Shown here piece after piece: positions 19,783 to 28,487 of a stretch of 45,077 nucleotides of DNA (positions are counted from its first letter, which is position 1; each line of letters begins with the position of its first letter). The translations under genes were made by a program, and so were the position numbers. The DNA lies in NCBI GenBank assembly GCA_009887255.1, contig QXXW01000016.1, forward strand, positions 1 through 45,077, read 5' to 3'. Origin of the DNA: Candidatus Poseidoniales archaeon (lineage in GTDB: Archaea > Thermoplasmatota > Poseidoniia > Poseidoniales > Poseidoniaceae). The notes beneath the pieces are model-generated. The model worked only from the letters and a program-made list of their open reading frames with translations. It did not search any database and was not told the origin of the DNA.

Positions 19783-22700
19783 ATGCAGGGTAGCGTACAG
19801 CATGCCAACTCGTCGCGAGGCGTTCTCTTCTTGCTCGTTGGCTTGATGTTCTTTGTGCCACTGACACCACTTGTGGATCACGTCGTTGAATCGGTTGAGG
19901 CTGCCGCCGGATCTCGCCACGTCTACGAATTCCATGACGGTTCGGTCGACTACATCGCCCTTTACCAAGGTGCAAATCCTGACGCAGGTGCCATGGTCTC
20001 CCTCCCGCGAGGCGCCGATGTCACTGACGTCAGTCTCACTCTCTCCGGTGCTTCGGCCACAGGATGGTCCCAGAGCGTTGCGGACGATCGAATTCATTGG
20101 GTGTCCGGTGAAGAGAGCGCTACGGACGACCGCAGCGATGATTTGACGCTGGGTCTCGACAACAGCATGGACCTCTTTCTCCCTCACGGTCAAGACGCTT
20201 ATGTTGACACCAATTCCGACGCCTGGCTGGACAACGGTTCCTACGCTCTTCGCCAACCTCACACCTCCAACGCTACCGAGGCCCTGTTTTCTCAACAACT
20301 CACGAAAACTTCACCCAGCTTCAGTGGTACCTCGCAAGGGGCTATGTTGAGCCACCATGACTGGTTGTTCCTTTCGACATGGACCTCTTCGAGTTTCACC
20401 AATGTCGTTCACCGCTTGTACCCAAACAACGCCACACGGGAGAGCATCATCACGCTTGACCAAGGAGATTGCACCCTCCCCCAGAAGCATCCATCCTCAT
20501 ACTCAGGCTATTACGGATTCCGGGATTGGACCGTGACCGACGACGAACGTTTGTTTGGCATCCTTTCTGGCTACAGGACGACCCAATCAACTGCCTCGGT
20601 GAATTATCATCGTGTGATGGAAATGGACATCTCAAGGGACGACATATGGACTTGCATCGATTCCTACGACGTGTCGCCATCGGTTGGTGAATACACTGGT
20701 ATTGCTTATGACCGCAACAGCAGTGAAGTCTGGATCGCTCACAACGCCATCAATCGCCTCTATTCCTATGATTTTGCCAGCGATGGAACGGGCAGTTACA
20801 CCCGGAGTTCAGAATTTTACACCTACCAATCCGCTCAAGGATCAACCTGGGACTGTGGAGGTACGGACGCCAACGGTGGTCGTCAAATGCTCCGTGGGTT
20901 GGAAGTGAACGGATCCACGTTTTACATGCGTTGTCAAAAGGACTACTATTACAACGACAGGGACACCCTTGAAGCGTGGTCTGTCTCAGGCACATCGCAA
21001 GCCCTCATCCCCGAGACCACCACACGTCAAATTTCCCGCTTGGGCCACGGCCTCCAATTCGATGGCGAGCGTTTCATCACGGTTGACAGCGGTTACAGCA
21101 CTTGGTCAAGCACCACGCTGTATTACCGAGAATTTGGGACCGGATGGTTGTACGAAACGACCCCCTCTCCAGGAACACATACGTGGTACGGAGAGGTGGT
21201 TCGCACCGCTGAGGACATCGTGGCCGCCAACGTTCAGACCTACTGGTCGGCCGCTTCCATTGGAGACAGGGTTGAATATTGGGTTTCTGCAGACAACGGG
21301 ACCCATTGGGAGCAAGTGACGTCGAACTCAACCATTCACTTTGATTTCCCCGGCAACGAACTGGTATGGAAGGCTCAACTCATCGGCTCAACAGCCGTGT
21401 CGTGGTGGGTCGACATTGAATACGCGTCGGATTACGTGTCTTCGGGTGACTGGACCTCAACCCCGCTCAACACGGGCACCAAGGTTGGCAAAGTACGACC
21501 CTCATGGACCGCCGATGTGCCAGCAGGTACCGGCGTTCAGGTGCTGGTCTCGAACGACAACGGCACATCGTGGTTGGAGGCAACCAACAATGCTGAGACC
21601 AGTTTCTCCGCAGAGGCAGCCGGCAACACCCTTCGTTATTCCATCCTTATGACCTCCACGGACAGCAGCATCACACCGAGCATCGATCGTTTCCTGTTGG
21701 AATACGAAGAAGGGTACCCGGACAGGCCAATGATTGACGTTGGCTCCGACGGTACATTCGACTGGGAATCGCTCATGTTCCTTAACGAATCCAGCGTTGT
21801 GGCTACAGACGACTCAGAGGTGGGTGTTGTGGTCCGACGGGCTCCAACCCTTGTGGATGCGTTCAATGACTTTGTTCCTGACAACGGTGACGGAATGGTG
21901 CACGTGCCGTTGTCCATTAAAGCCGCTACTTCAGGACGGATCAAGGTGTCCAACATCGACGTGACCTACGCCATGCAAACCCGTGCACTTGACGCCACCT
22001 TTGAGGGAAGTCGTGCCTCTCCTGATGGCATGTACCGCAATTTCATCACCCGTGTGGCTCCTGGTGATGACGTTGATTACGTTACCCAAGCCACGGTGTT
22101 CATTGACCACACCTACGGAGACAACCCGGGTTTCACATGGGAGCGCGGTGACAGTTGTACTTCGGCCAACGATGGTGGTGGAATCGTGCTCTTCGACACT
22201 GCGAATTGCACCTCCATGACCGACAGCAACGGCATTGTTTCCATTTGGATGCCAACCAAAGTTAACTGGAGTTGGAACGATCAACTGGATACAGAAGCGA
22301 TCATCAGCGTCCAAGACGACCTTGGCATGGCCGTGAACGCATGGAGCACCAGCGACATGGATCTGGTGATTGAAAACGACATCCAACTGGACGGTCTCCG
22401 GGTCTGGGAAGAAACCGGGCGTCAACTCTACCCCATGGATTGGGTCCGAGGTGGGTTTAACCTGAGTTTCAGCGGGAGAATGGTCTTCCAAGATTCACAA
22501 CTCATGCCTCCGTCAGGAACCTTTGACCTCCAAATTCTGGGTCAAAACGTGACCTTTGACGGTGATGCCATAGGCGAACCAGAATTGCTTTATCAAGAAG
22601 CAAATCCGGCGTTTGGAGATTACAACATCACCTTCATGTCACCCATTGAATCAACACCCGGTGGCATGGTGTTCTACGTGCAGGCGGTCAATCTGGAAAA

Positions 22701-25203
22701 CGGTTCCACCTACACGAACCCCAACTACAACACAATTCGACTCATTTTGGACGGTAATTCGCCTTTGGTGATCGCAGCTACACCCTCCGACGGTGAAGAA
22801 CGCCACGTCGGTTCTGCCGGTGCAGGTCAACCCCTGTCAATCGTCGTTCAAGACACGGTGGACCCCCCCAACCAAATCAACCTCCATTACTGGGTGGGAT
22901 GCAATCCGAGTGAAGCCATTGGATGCCACGATTACAACTTTGATGGTTTGCCCAACGAAGACGAGTACGAGATGACAACACTGTCCTCTCCCGAGAGAAG
23001 GGCTGGAGGATTAAACATCTTTGACGGATTGGTCGATGATTCCATGCTGCTCCACAAGCAAAAAGTTTCGTTTTATGTCTCCGGATCAGACGGTCAAGAC
23101 AACGAGATTGCCATGGGCCGGGGCCCGGTTTGCCCCCCCAGCACAATCGCCTGCGGCTTCCGCCCTGGTGAGACGCTTCCAGACTGGTCAGCTGACTTGG
23201 TGACGTATTCTATTCGACAAGAATTTGAGCCCACCATCGATCTCGGCAATTCCACCATCATCGGTCACGATGACAACGCAGCACTCCACCCGAGTGTACC
23301 CTACACCGTTCAGGTGAAACTCATTGACCAAAACGGTTGGAAGGACATTGAAACGGTACAGATTGCTCTTGGTGGCGACTTTGCTGACGAAGAGTCCTCC
23401 ATGTTCGTGACCCTTGCAGCCGATGAAAACGGCTTGCCTCAAGCGGTCATGGCTTCGGGAAGTGACAACATCGCCGTTTCCAACCTCTACTCTACGGTTG
23501 AACTTGAAGAAAACGACGACACCGTGGTGGTGATACAGGCCCGCTTCCAACTGACGTGGATGTTCCCAGAATCCTTTGACACCAACGGAGACAGCACCTT
23601 CATTCCCAAAGTTAGGGTCACGGATCAACCCTGCAACGAGGGTGAGGTGATCCCATGTTTCGTTGTGGATGAAGGATTGGGTGACGACCACTGGAGTCTT
23701 GACAATGATTTCAGATTTGATGTAGAGCAAGGGCACATTCGGGCCATAGAATTGCGCAACAGCGTGAACCATTACACCCCGGAAAATTACGAGTCCATCA
23801 TCGGAGCAGGCCAAGCCCTGCGTGTAACGGGTCGTGTGCTGTTCTCGGAAACCGAAACCCCCGCTCCTGCCGGTGCGTTTGATGTGGTGTTTGGCGATTA
23901 TGAGAACAACTGGCGAACCTCCACAAGAGACGATGGCGAGTTTTCTCTTGACCTCCTGGTGCCAGCCGTTCGGTCTGGACGTCTTGACTTGCGCCTCAAC
24001 ATGGACGACCTTCCTGGATTGGCACTCGATGAATCTGAATTCCAGCCACGACTTCGACTCGCAGTTGACAACGACCGTCCCACCATTGACAGCATCTCCC
24101 TCAACGGTGTTGTTGAGGGACAACCTCTTCCGATCGGACAGGCATCAAATCTCGAAGTGATTCTCATCACCAACGATGAAAATGGATTTGATTTGACCGA
24201 GCCTGCCGTCTTACATTATCGTGTTAAGGCCGGAGAAGCTGAGATTTCACGTGGCAGTGTGCTGCTCCCCGACATCACACCGTTCGGTCAACAATTTTTC
24301 TGGAGCGGCGTGTTGGATTTGACCGATTCAGGAGCCACCACCTTGCTTCCGACATACATCGTTGACGTCTGGGTCTCAGGATCGGATGAAGCAGGCAATC
24401 CATACGATACCACTTCCAACACCATGGAAAGTGCCTTTGCATCATGGCCTCTTTCCTTGACGGGTCCTCGTGTTGATCTTCAAGACAGCAGCACCGTCCT
24501 CTCTTGGGACACACCAAGCCCCTATCAGGGCGATTCGGCCACCATGAACATTCAAACCGACAACCTCGGAGGAAACGGGCGCCTTGCTTTTGCCCTTCAA
24601 CGCCTCACCAGCGGTGGATTTTGGGCTACTGAAGCCAACGTCAGCGTTGATACCCGGACAGGAGAAACCGTGAGAACGAGTCTATCTGTTCTGCCAGATG
24701 CCGACATCGGTGATGCAGTGGAATACCGAGTCATCGTGCTGGTCGATGATGTAGAAATGGACCGGCAAGTCGTTCCGTCGCTGTTGGTGAAAGCAGAGAC
24801 TGTCCGAGACGGTGAAGCACTCTCTCAACAACTTTCAGAAGACGTGTTCAGTGTTACGTTGTTCCTGGTGGCCTTGGGTTCGGTCTCCTTCGGAATGTAT
24901 GCCCTTGTGATGCGCCGTCGTTTACTGGCTCCACCTTCTGAAGAAGAGTTGGTCGACCAAACCGAGGATGTGGTGGAAGAAATGAACGCAGGGAAGACCG
25001 TTCCGACCATCGATGCGGCAGCACCTCATGCGGCCACTAACGACGCTCCAGCCCCGCCTTCCATGACTGCTCAGCCCCCTGCTCCAACAGGAAACCGTCA
25101 GCAAGCACCGCCCGTTCCCCCGACCGGATTACCGGACGGTTGGACTGAACAACAGTGGGCTTCTTACGGATGGCAATACATTGACGCTCTTTCGGGGAAG
25201 TGA
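19783..25203 (+). CDS. Giant membrane-anchored surface protein (beta-rich, Asp-box-like repeats, C-terminal TM, Pro-rich linker, Trp-rich tail)
   Basis: N-terminal hydrophobic signal. Two SxDNGxxW repeats. TM VFSVTLFLVALGSVSFGMYALVM followed by RRR. Tail PPTGLPDGWTEQQWASYGWQY. ATG 19783 preferred over GTG 19774. Confidence 0.8.
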   Translation: MQGSVQHANSSRGVLFLLVGLMFFVPLTPLVDHVVESVEAAAGSRHVYEFHDGSVDYIALYQGANPDAGAMVSLPRGADVTDVSLTLSGASATGWSQSVADDRIHWVSGEESATDDRSDDLTLGLDNSMDLFLPHGQDAYVDTNSDAWLDNGSYALRQPHTSNATEALFSQQLTKTSPSFSGTSQGAMLSHHDWLFLSTWTSSSFTNVVHRLYPNNATRESIITLDQGDCTLPQKHPSSYSGYYGFRDWTVTDDERLFGILSGYRTTQSTASVNYHRVMEMDISRDDIWTCIDSYDVSPSVGEYTGIAYDRNSSEVWIAHNAINRLYSYDFASDGTGSYTRSSEFYTYQSAQGSTWDCGGTDANGGRQMLRGLEVNGSTFYMRCQKDYYYNDRDTLEAWSVSGTSQALIPETTTRQISRLGHGLQFDGERFITVDSGYSTWSSTTLYYREFGTGWLYETTPSPGTHTWYGEVVRTAEDIVAANVQTYWSAASIGDRVEYWVSADNGTHWEQVTSNSTIHFDFPGNELVWKAQLIGSTAVSWWVDIEYASDYVSSGDWTSTPLNTGTKVGKVRPSWTADVPAGTGVQVLVSNDNGTSWLEATNNAETSFSAEAAGNTLRYSILMTSTDSSITPSIDRFLLEYEEGYPDRPMIDVGSDGTFDWESLMFLNESSVVATDDSEVGVVVRRAPTLVDAFNDFVPDNGDGMVHVPLSIKAATSGRIKVSNIDVTYAMQTRALDATFEGSRASPDGMYRNFITRVAPGDDVDYVTQATVFIDHTYGDNPGFTWERGDSCTSANDGGGIVLFDTANCTSMTDSNGIVSIWMPTKVNWSWNDQLDTEAIISVQDDLGMAVNAWSTSDMDLVIENDIQLDGLRVWEETGRQLYPMDWVRGGFNLSFSGRMVFQDSQLMPPSGTFDLQILGQNVTFDGDAIGEPELLYQEANPAFGDYNITFMSPIESTPGGMVFYVQAVNLENGSTYTNPNYNTIRLILDGNSPLVIAATPSDGEERHVGSAGAGQPLSIVVQDTVDPPNQINLHYWVGCNPSEAIGCHDYNFDGLPNEDEYEMTTLSSPERRAGGLNIFDGLVDDSMLLHKQKVSFYVSGSDGQDNEIAMGRGPVCPPSTIACGFRPGETLPDWSADLVTYSIRQEFEPTIDLGNSTIIGHDDNAALHPSVPYTVQVKLIDQNGWKDIETVQIALGGDFADEESSMFVTLAADENGLPQAVMASGSDNIAVSNLYSTVELEENDDTVVVIQARFQLTWMFPESFDTNGDSTFIPKVRVTDQPCNEGEVIPCFVVDEGLGDDHWSLDNDFRFDVEQGHIRAIELRNSVNHYTPENYESIIGAGQALRVTGRVLFSETETPAPAGAFDVVFGDYENNWRTSTRDDGEFSLDLLVPAVRSGRLDLRLNMDDLPGLALDESEFQPRLRLAVDNDRPTIDSISLNGVVEGQPLPIGQASNLEVILITNDENGFDLTEPAVLHYRVKAGEAEISRGSVLLPDITPFGQQFFWSGVLDLTDSGATTLLPTYIVDVWVSGSDEAGNPYDTTSNTMESAFASWPLSLTGPRVDLQDSSTVLSWDTPSPYQGDSATMNIQTDNLGGNGRLAFALQRLTSGGFWATEANVSVDTRTGETVRTSLSVLPDADIGDAVEYRVIVLVDDVEMDRQVVPSLLVKAETVRDGEALSQQLSEDVFSVTLFLVALGSVSFGMYALVMRRRLLAPPSEEELVDQTEDVVEEMNAGKTVPTIDAAAPHAATNDAPAPPSMTAQPPAPTGNRQQAPPVPPTGLPDGWTEQQWASYGWQYIDALSGK

Positions 25204-25655
25204 CCACCTTGACGACCGATGAATCGGTGACCGATGGCCTGGTAACCTTACAGGAACGGACGGTTAACCTGATCAACCAACTCACCATGCCGGTCGTCGA
25301 AGTGGCTTTGGTGCTTCAAAAACACATCAACGCCCTCATGAACACCCTCACGGAACACGTGAGCCTCCAGGGCGCTGTTCTTCCGAACAACGTGGCCGAA
25401 CCTTGGCCATTGGAGAGCGGTTTGATCGAGAGCAACGCTACTTTTTCTCTCGACAAGGTCATGGACATTGTCGACGAGCAACGAATGGACATCCTTGACA
25501 CCTTGATTCGGGTGACGCTGGTTGAAATCAACATCAACGTGCTGGAAGCCGTGTTAGCCCTTCGCTCATGGGAGCAATTGGTTCGCACCCAACTGGCTGC
25601 CGCCACCGGCCCGGGTCAATTGTTTTCGCCATTGGTCATCCCCGAGGACTGGTAG
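25200..25655 (+). CDS. Hypothetical all-helical cytoplasmic protein
   Basis: GTGA overlap with the stop of the upstream giant gene, fills the gap to the next gene, amphipathic helical composition. Confidence 0.7.
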   Translation: MTTLTTDESVTDGLVTLQERTVNLINQLTMPVVEVALVLQKHINALMNTLTEHVSLQGAVLPNNVAEPWPLESGLIESNATFSLDKVMDIVDEQRMDILDTLIRVTLVEININVLEAVLALRSWEQLVRTQLAAATGPGQLFSPLVIPEDW

Positions 25656-25692
25656 GGCGTGGATTGAAAAACCACCAACTTGAGGTCGGACC

Positions 25693-26481
25693 ATGAATGG
25701 CTTGCGCCTCAAAGCCTTGGCAGGATTGTTGCTGCTGCTGTGCAGCTCGCTCGCAGGGTGCTTAGGCGATGCAGTGGACGATTTGCTTCCCGAGCGCAAA
25801 GGCATCCCCGGGAGTCTCGCCCTCGCCTGTCTCCAAAGCGATCGATTCACGTCAATGGTCGTGGAAATCGATTACGAACCGGGATACAAACCGATGACGA
25901 GCAGCACGGACATGCTTCTCGAGCGCTTGGAGGAAGTCTGCGACAAACCCAACGGTATCTCTGTTGAATTCTCAGAAGTAAACTACGAGTTTGAGGGAGC
26001 ATGGACTGCGGATGCGGTCAGAGAACAAGCTTGGATTCACAAGTCTGGAGACGTGATGGATGCCAGCGAACTACGATGGCAGCTGTTGTTCCCGGAAGGT
26101 GAGTACAGCGAAAACGGTGTCCTCGGTGTAGCCGTGGACGGGTCAAGCATTGCCTTGTTCGGGGACACCATCGAAGAATCGGACGGGCCCTTTGGCCGTC
26201 CCTCGGTTGAAAACGTCGAAAACAGTGTAATCGTTCATGAAATCGGGCATCTTTTGGGTTTGGTCAACCTCGTTTACACCTCTCCAGCCGACCATGAAGA
26301 TGCCGAACACCCTGGCCACTCCAACAACGAAGATTCCGTCATGTATTGGGCGGTCAATTCGGCAGATTTAGCCAACATCTTTTTTGGCTCCATTCCAAAT
26401 GAATTCGACCAAGATGACCTTGCAGACCTCGCAGGAATGGCCGATGGTTCCATCTCGGCCGACGATCAACTCTGGTCCTGA
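25693..26481 (+). CDS. Lipoprotein zinc metallopeptidase (metzincin-like)
   Basis: Lipobox-like LAGC after a hydrophobic stretch. HEIGHLLGL zinc motif, downstream HPGHS and Met-turn SVMY. GAGGT SD-like element upstream. Confidence 0.8.
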   Translation: MNGLRLKALAGLLLLLCSSLAGCLGDAVDDLLPERKGIPGSLALACLQSDRFTSMVVEIDYEPGYKPMTSSTDMLLERLEEVCDKPNGISVEFSEVNYEFEGAWTADAVREQAWIHKSGDVMDASELRWQLLFPEGEYSENGVLGVAVDGSSIALFGDTIEESDGPFGRPSVENVENSVIVHEIGHLLGLVNLVYTSPADHEDAEHPGHSNNEDSVMYWAVNSADLANIFFGSIPNEFDQDDLADLAGMADGSISADDQLWS

Positions 26482-26807
26482 GCGCGACTCATGTACGCCA
26501 CAGCGTCGCGCCACGCGTCAAAAATGGACCAGAGGTACAAACCGATCCACAACACGAGTGTAAATGCGAGAGGAATTTGCAAAAACGACCACTCAAAGCC
26601 CCTGCGGTGTTTACGGTTGAAATGTTGACCGAGAAACAAGAAGGGAACCAGAGCCAAGACTGCCGTCACCAACGGACGGAAGGCCCCCCATGTGCCAACC
26701 CCAAAGGTGATCTCTCTCCAAATTTCCTTGAGGAGGCGCCCCGGCGACATGCGTTGTTTGGAGACCGGTGCATCGTTCGAAAGCACCACCACCAAATCCT
26801 CGTCCAT
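26466..26807 (-). CDS. Small hypothetical membrane protein
   Basis: Two hydrophobic segments (LVTAVLALVPFLFLG; IPLAFTLVLWIGLYLWSIF) and a 'WSIFDAW' end motif. Fills the gap between convergent and divergent neighbours. Confidence 0.7.
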   Translation of the reverse strand: MDEDLVVVLSNDAPVSKQRMSPGRLLKEIWREITFGVGTWGAFRPLVTAVLALVPFLFLGQHFNRKHRRGFEWSFLQIPLAFTLVLWIGLYLWSIFDAWRDAVAYMSRAQDQS

Positions 26808-26902
26808 GGGCGCACCTTGGGATGAGGTGGAGCCTTGTGTTTGTGAATGTGACGCCTGCGCGTAGGCGCATGGTCCAAGAACCGAAGGCAGTAGGGTTTG
26901 CC

Positions 26903-27904
26903 ATGGCAGCCCCTCAAGTCCTTCTCACGGGCTTTGAACCGTTTGGAAACCACACGAGCAACATCAGTCAAACCGTAGCGTTGGCGCTTCAAGGCCATCA
27001 TCGTCGTCGTTCTCCTTTGGTGGGCGATGAGGTTGAATTTAATGTTGAAACTCAGGTGTTGACCGTTGATGAGCACGGAGCCAACACCGTTGCATCTCGC
27101 TTGAATGAGGGTGAACAGTGGGACGTCATCCTCCATCTCGGATTGTGCGAATCCTGTGAAACTGCCCGTCTTGAGGTTCGTGGGTCGGATCAGTTGTCAA
27201 TGCGAATCCCTGACAACGCTGGTCGGCAACTGCACAACGCCGTTGTGAGCGGGCAAGGAGTGCAAGGTGCTGTGGTTGATCCAACATGTTGGCCCGTCGA
27301 TCGTTTTTCAACGCCCTTCACGGTGTCAAAAGACGCTGGTAAATTCATTTGCAACGAGTCCTATCATCGTACCCTGTTGCAATTGCAAGCCCTTCACAAC
27401 CGGCCAGGATTGCCTGTCCCGTGTTTGTTTGTTCACCTTCCATCGTCAAGGAAATCTTCCGTTGTTCAAGCCAATGAATTGGTCCTCGATGTGATCGCGA
27501 GCCTCGTTAAATCGCCTCCTGTGATCGACGTGGTGGCGGGTGTGGTTCCTTCAAGCGACGGTCGATTCTTGATTGCGAAGCGGATGAACTCCAGGGAACA
27601 TGGGGGCACATGGGAGTTCCCGGGTGGAAAGGTAGAACCCGGTGAGTCATGGTCGGACGCCACGGTTCGTGAGTGGAAAGAAGAGTTGGATGTGGACGTG
27701 GAACCTCTTCATTTGCTGGGAACCCGTTCACATGTTCACGAGGGACACGTGTACAACGTTCATGCGGTGTTGTGCCGCCGGGTAGAGGACGCCCTCGAAG
27801 TGACTCTGAACGAACACGAAGAATGGCATTGGTGGTCTCCAACCGAACGCATGGAGCGTCGGTGGACCGGACGAGACGATGAACTGGCAGCCGAACTGCG
27901 TTGA
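26903..27904 (+). CDS. Pyroglutamyl-peptidase I (C15) fused to a MutT-type Nudix hydrolase
   Basis: VLLTGFEPFG, NIS, LHLG, RLE (Glu), DAGKFICN (Cys), FVHLP (His). Then WEFPGGKVEPGESWSDATVREWKEELDV Nudix box. Start revised to ATG 26903. Confidence 0.88.
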   Translation: MAAPQVLLTGFEPFGNHTSNISQTVALALQGHHRRRSPLVGDEVEFNVETQVLTVDEHGANTVASRLNEGEQWDVILHLGLCESCETARLEVRGSDQLSMRIPDNAGRQLHNAVVSGQGVQGAVVDPTCWPVDRFSTPFTVSKDAGKFICNESYHRTLLQLQALHNRPGLPVPCLFVHLPSSRKSSVVQANELVLDVIASLVKSPPVIDVVAGVVPSSDGRFLIAKRMNSREHGGTWEFPGGKVEPGESWSDATVREWKEELDVDVEPLHLLGTRSHVHEGHVYNVHAVLCRRVEDALEVTLNEHEEWHWWSPTERMERRWTGRDDELAAELR

Positions 27905-27906
27905 CG

Positions 27907-28422
27907 TCAATGCCAGGTGCTTGCTTCACCGTCGATGTTCATGCTTTGTTCATCTCCGACGCTTCTTGGAACTTGGGTTCGACCAGGGTGCCAAGTAGCG
28001 GCCTCAAGCCACTCGGAGAGACCCCGCCCGCTGAGGTGGATCTCAAAGGTGCCTCCAACAGGGTGTTCATTCGGGATTGGGAAGGCCACTTTTCCTTTTA
28101 CAGCAGCTTGCCGACTGATGTTGAATGTGGTTTGCTCATCGCTGAGGCGGCGGCTCATCGCATCAAGGGCGGTGTCCAATATGCGCTGTTGGTGAAGGGC
28201 GTCAAGGAAGGTGTTCATGCCTTGATGTTCCCAAATGAGTTCAGCGTCTTGGGGCGTACCAAACACGGGTTCGTGAAGGTGTTCAGGACGGGTTGCTTCA
28301 GGGAACATGGTTTGCAAGGCATCGAGCACTTTCGATGGTGAATCGGCTCCTCGGACCCGTGTTGAAACGGTGCATTCAATCCCCTCATCAACGCCAGTAA
28401 GTCGAATGCGTCCGGCGACCAT
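27907..28422 (-). CDS. DUF54/COG1931-like putative RNA-binding archaeal protein
   Basis: DSPSKVLDALQTMFP, QQRILDTA and ISRQAAVKGKVAF resemble DUF54-family motifs. Start revised to 28422 to avoid overlap with the divergent GT2. Confidence 0.6.
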   Translation of the reverse strand: MVAGRIRLTGVDEGIECTVSTRVRGADSPSKVLDALQTMFPEATRPEHLHEPVFGTPQDAELIWEHQGMNTFLDALHQQRILDTALDAMSRRLSDEQTTFNISRQAAVKGKVAFPIPNEHPVGGTFEIHLSGRGLSEWLEAATWHPGRTQVPRSVGDEQSMNIDGEASTWH

Positions 28423-28487
28423 GCCTGTTGGAAGCGGTGCATGTTGAAGAACTTGGCCAAGGGGAGGATGGATGCCCCAAGGGTCAT

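Noticed and set aside
19710..19785. Stop-codon read-through fusing the two giant ORFs
   Set aside because: The ORFs are in different frames, and the second has its own signal peptide and upstream TATA-like element.
6757..24123. Long antisense ORFs (e.g. 6757-7524, 15366-15995, 19444-20298, 23188-24123)
   Set aside because: They lie opposite well-supported genes, lack recognisable motifs, and are expected shadows of biased codon usage.
27901..28341. Plus-strand 146-aa ORF overlapping the Nudix stop
   Set aside because: The minus-strand frame carries DUF54-like motifs and is the better gene. This ORF has no recognisable features.
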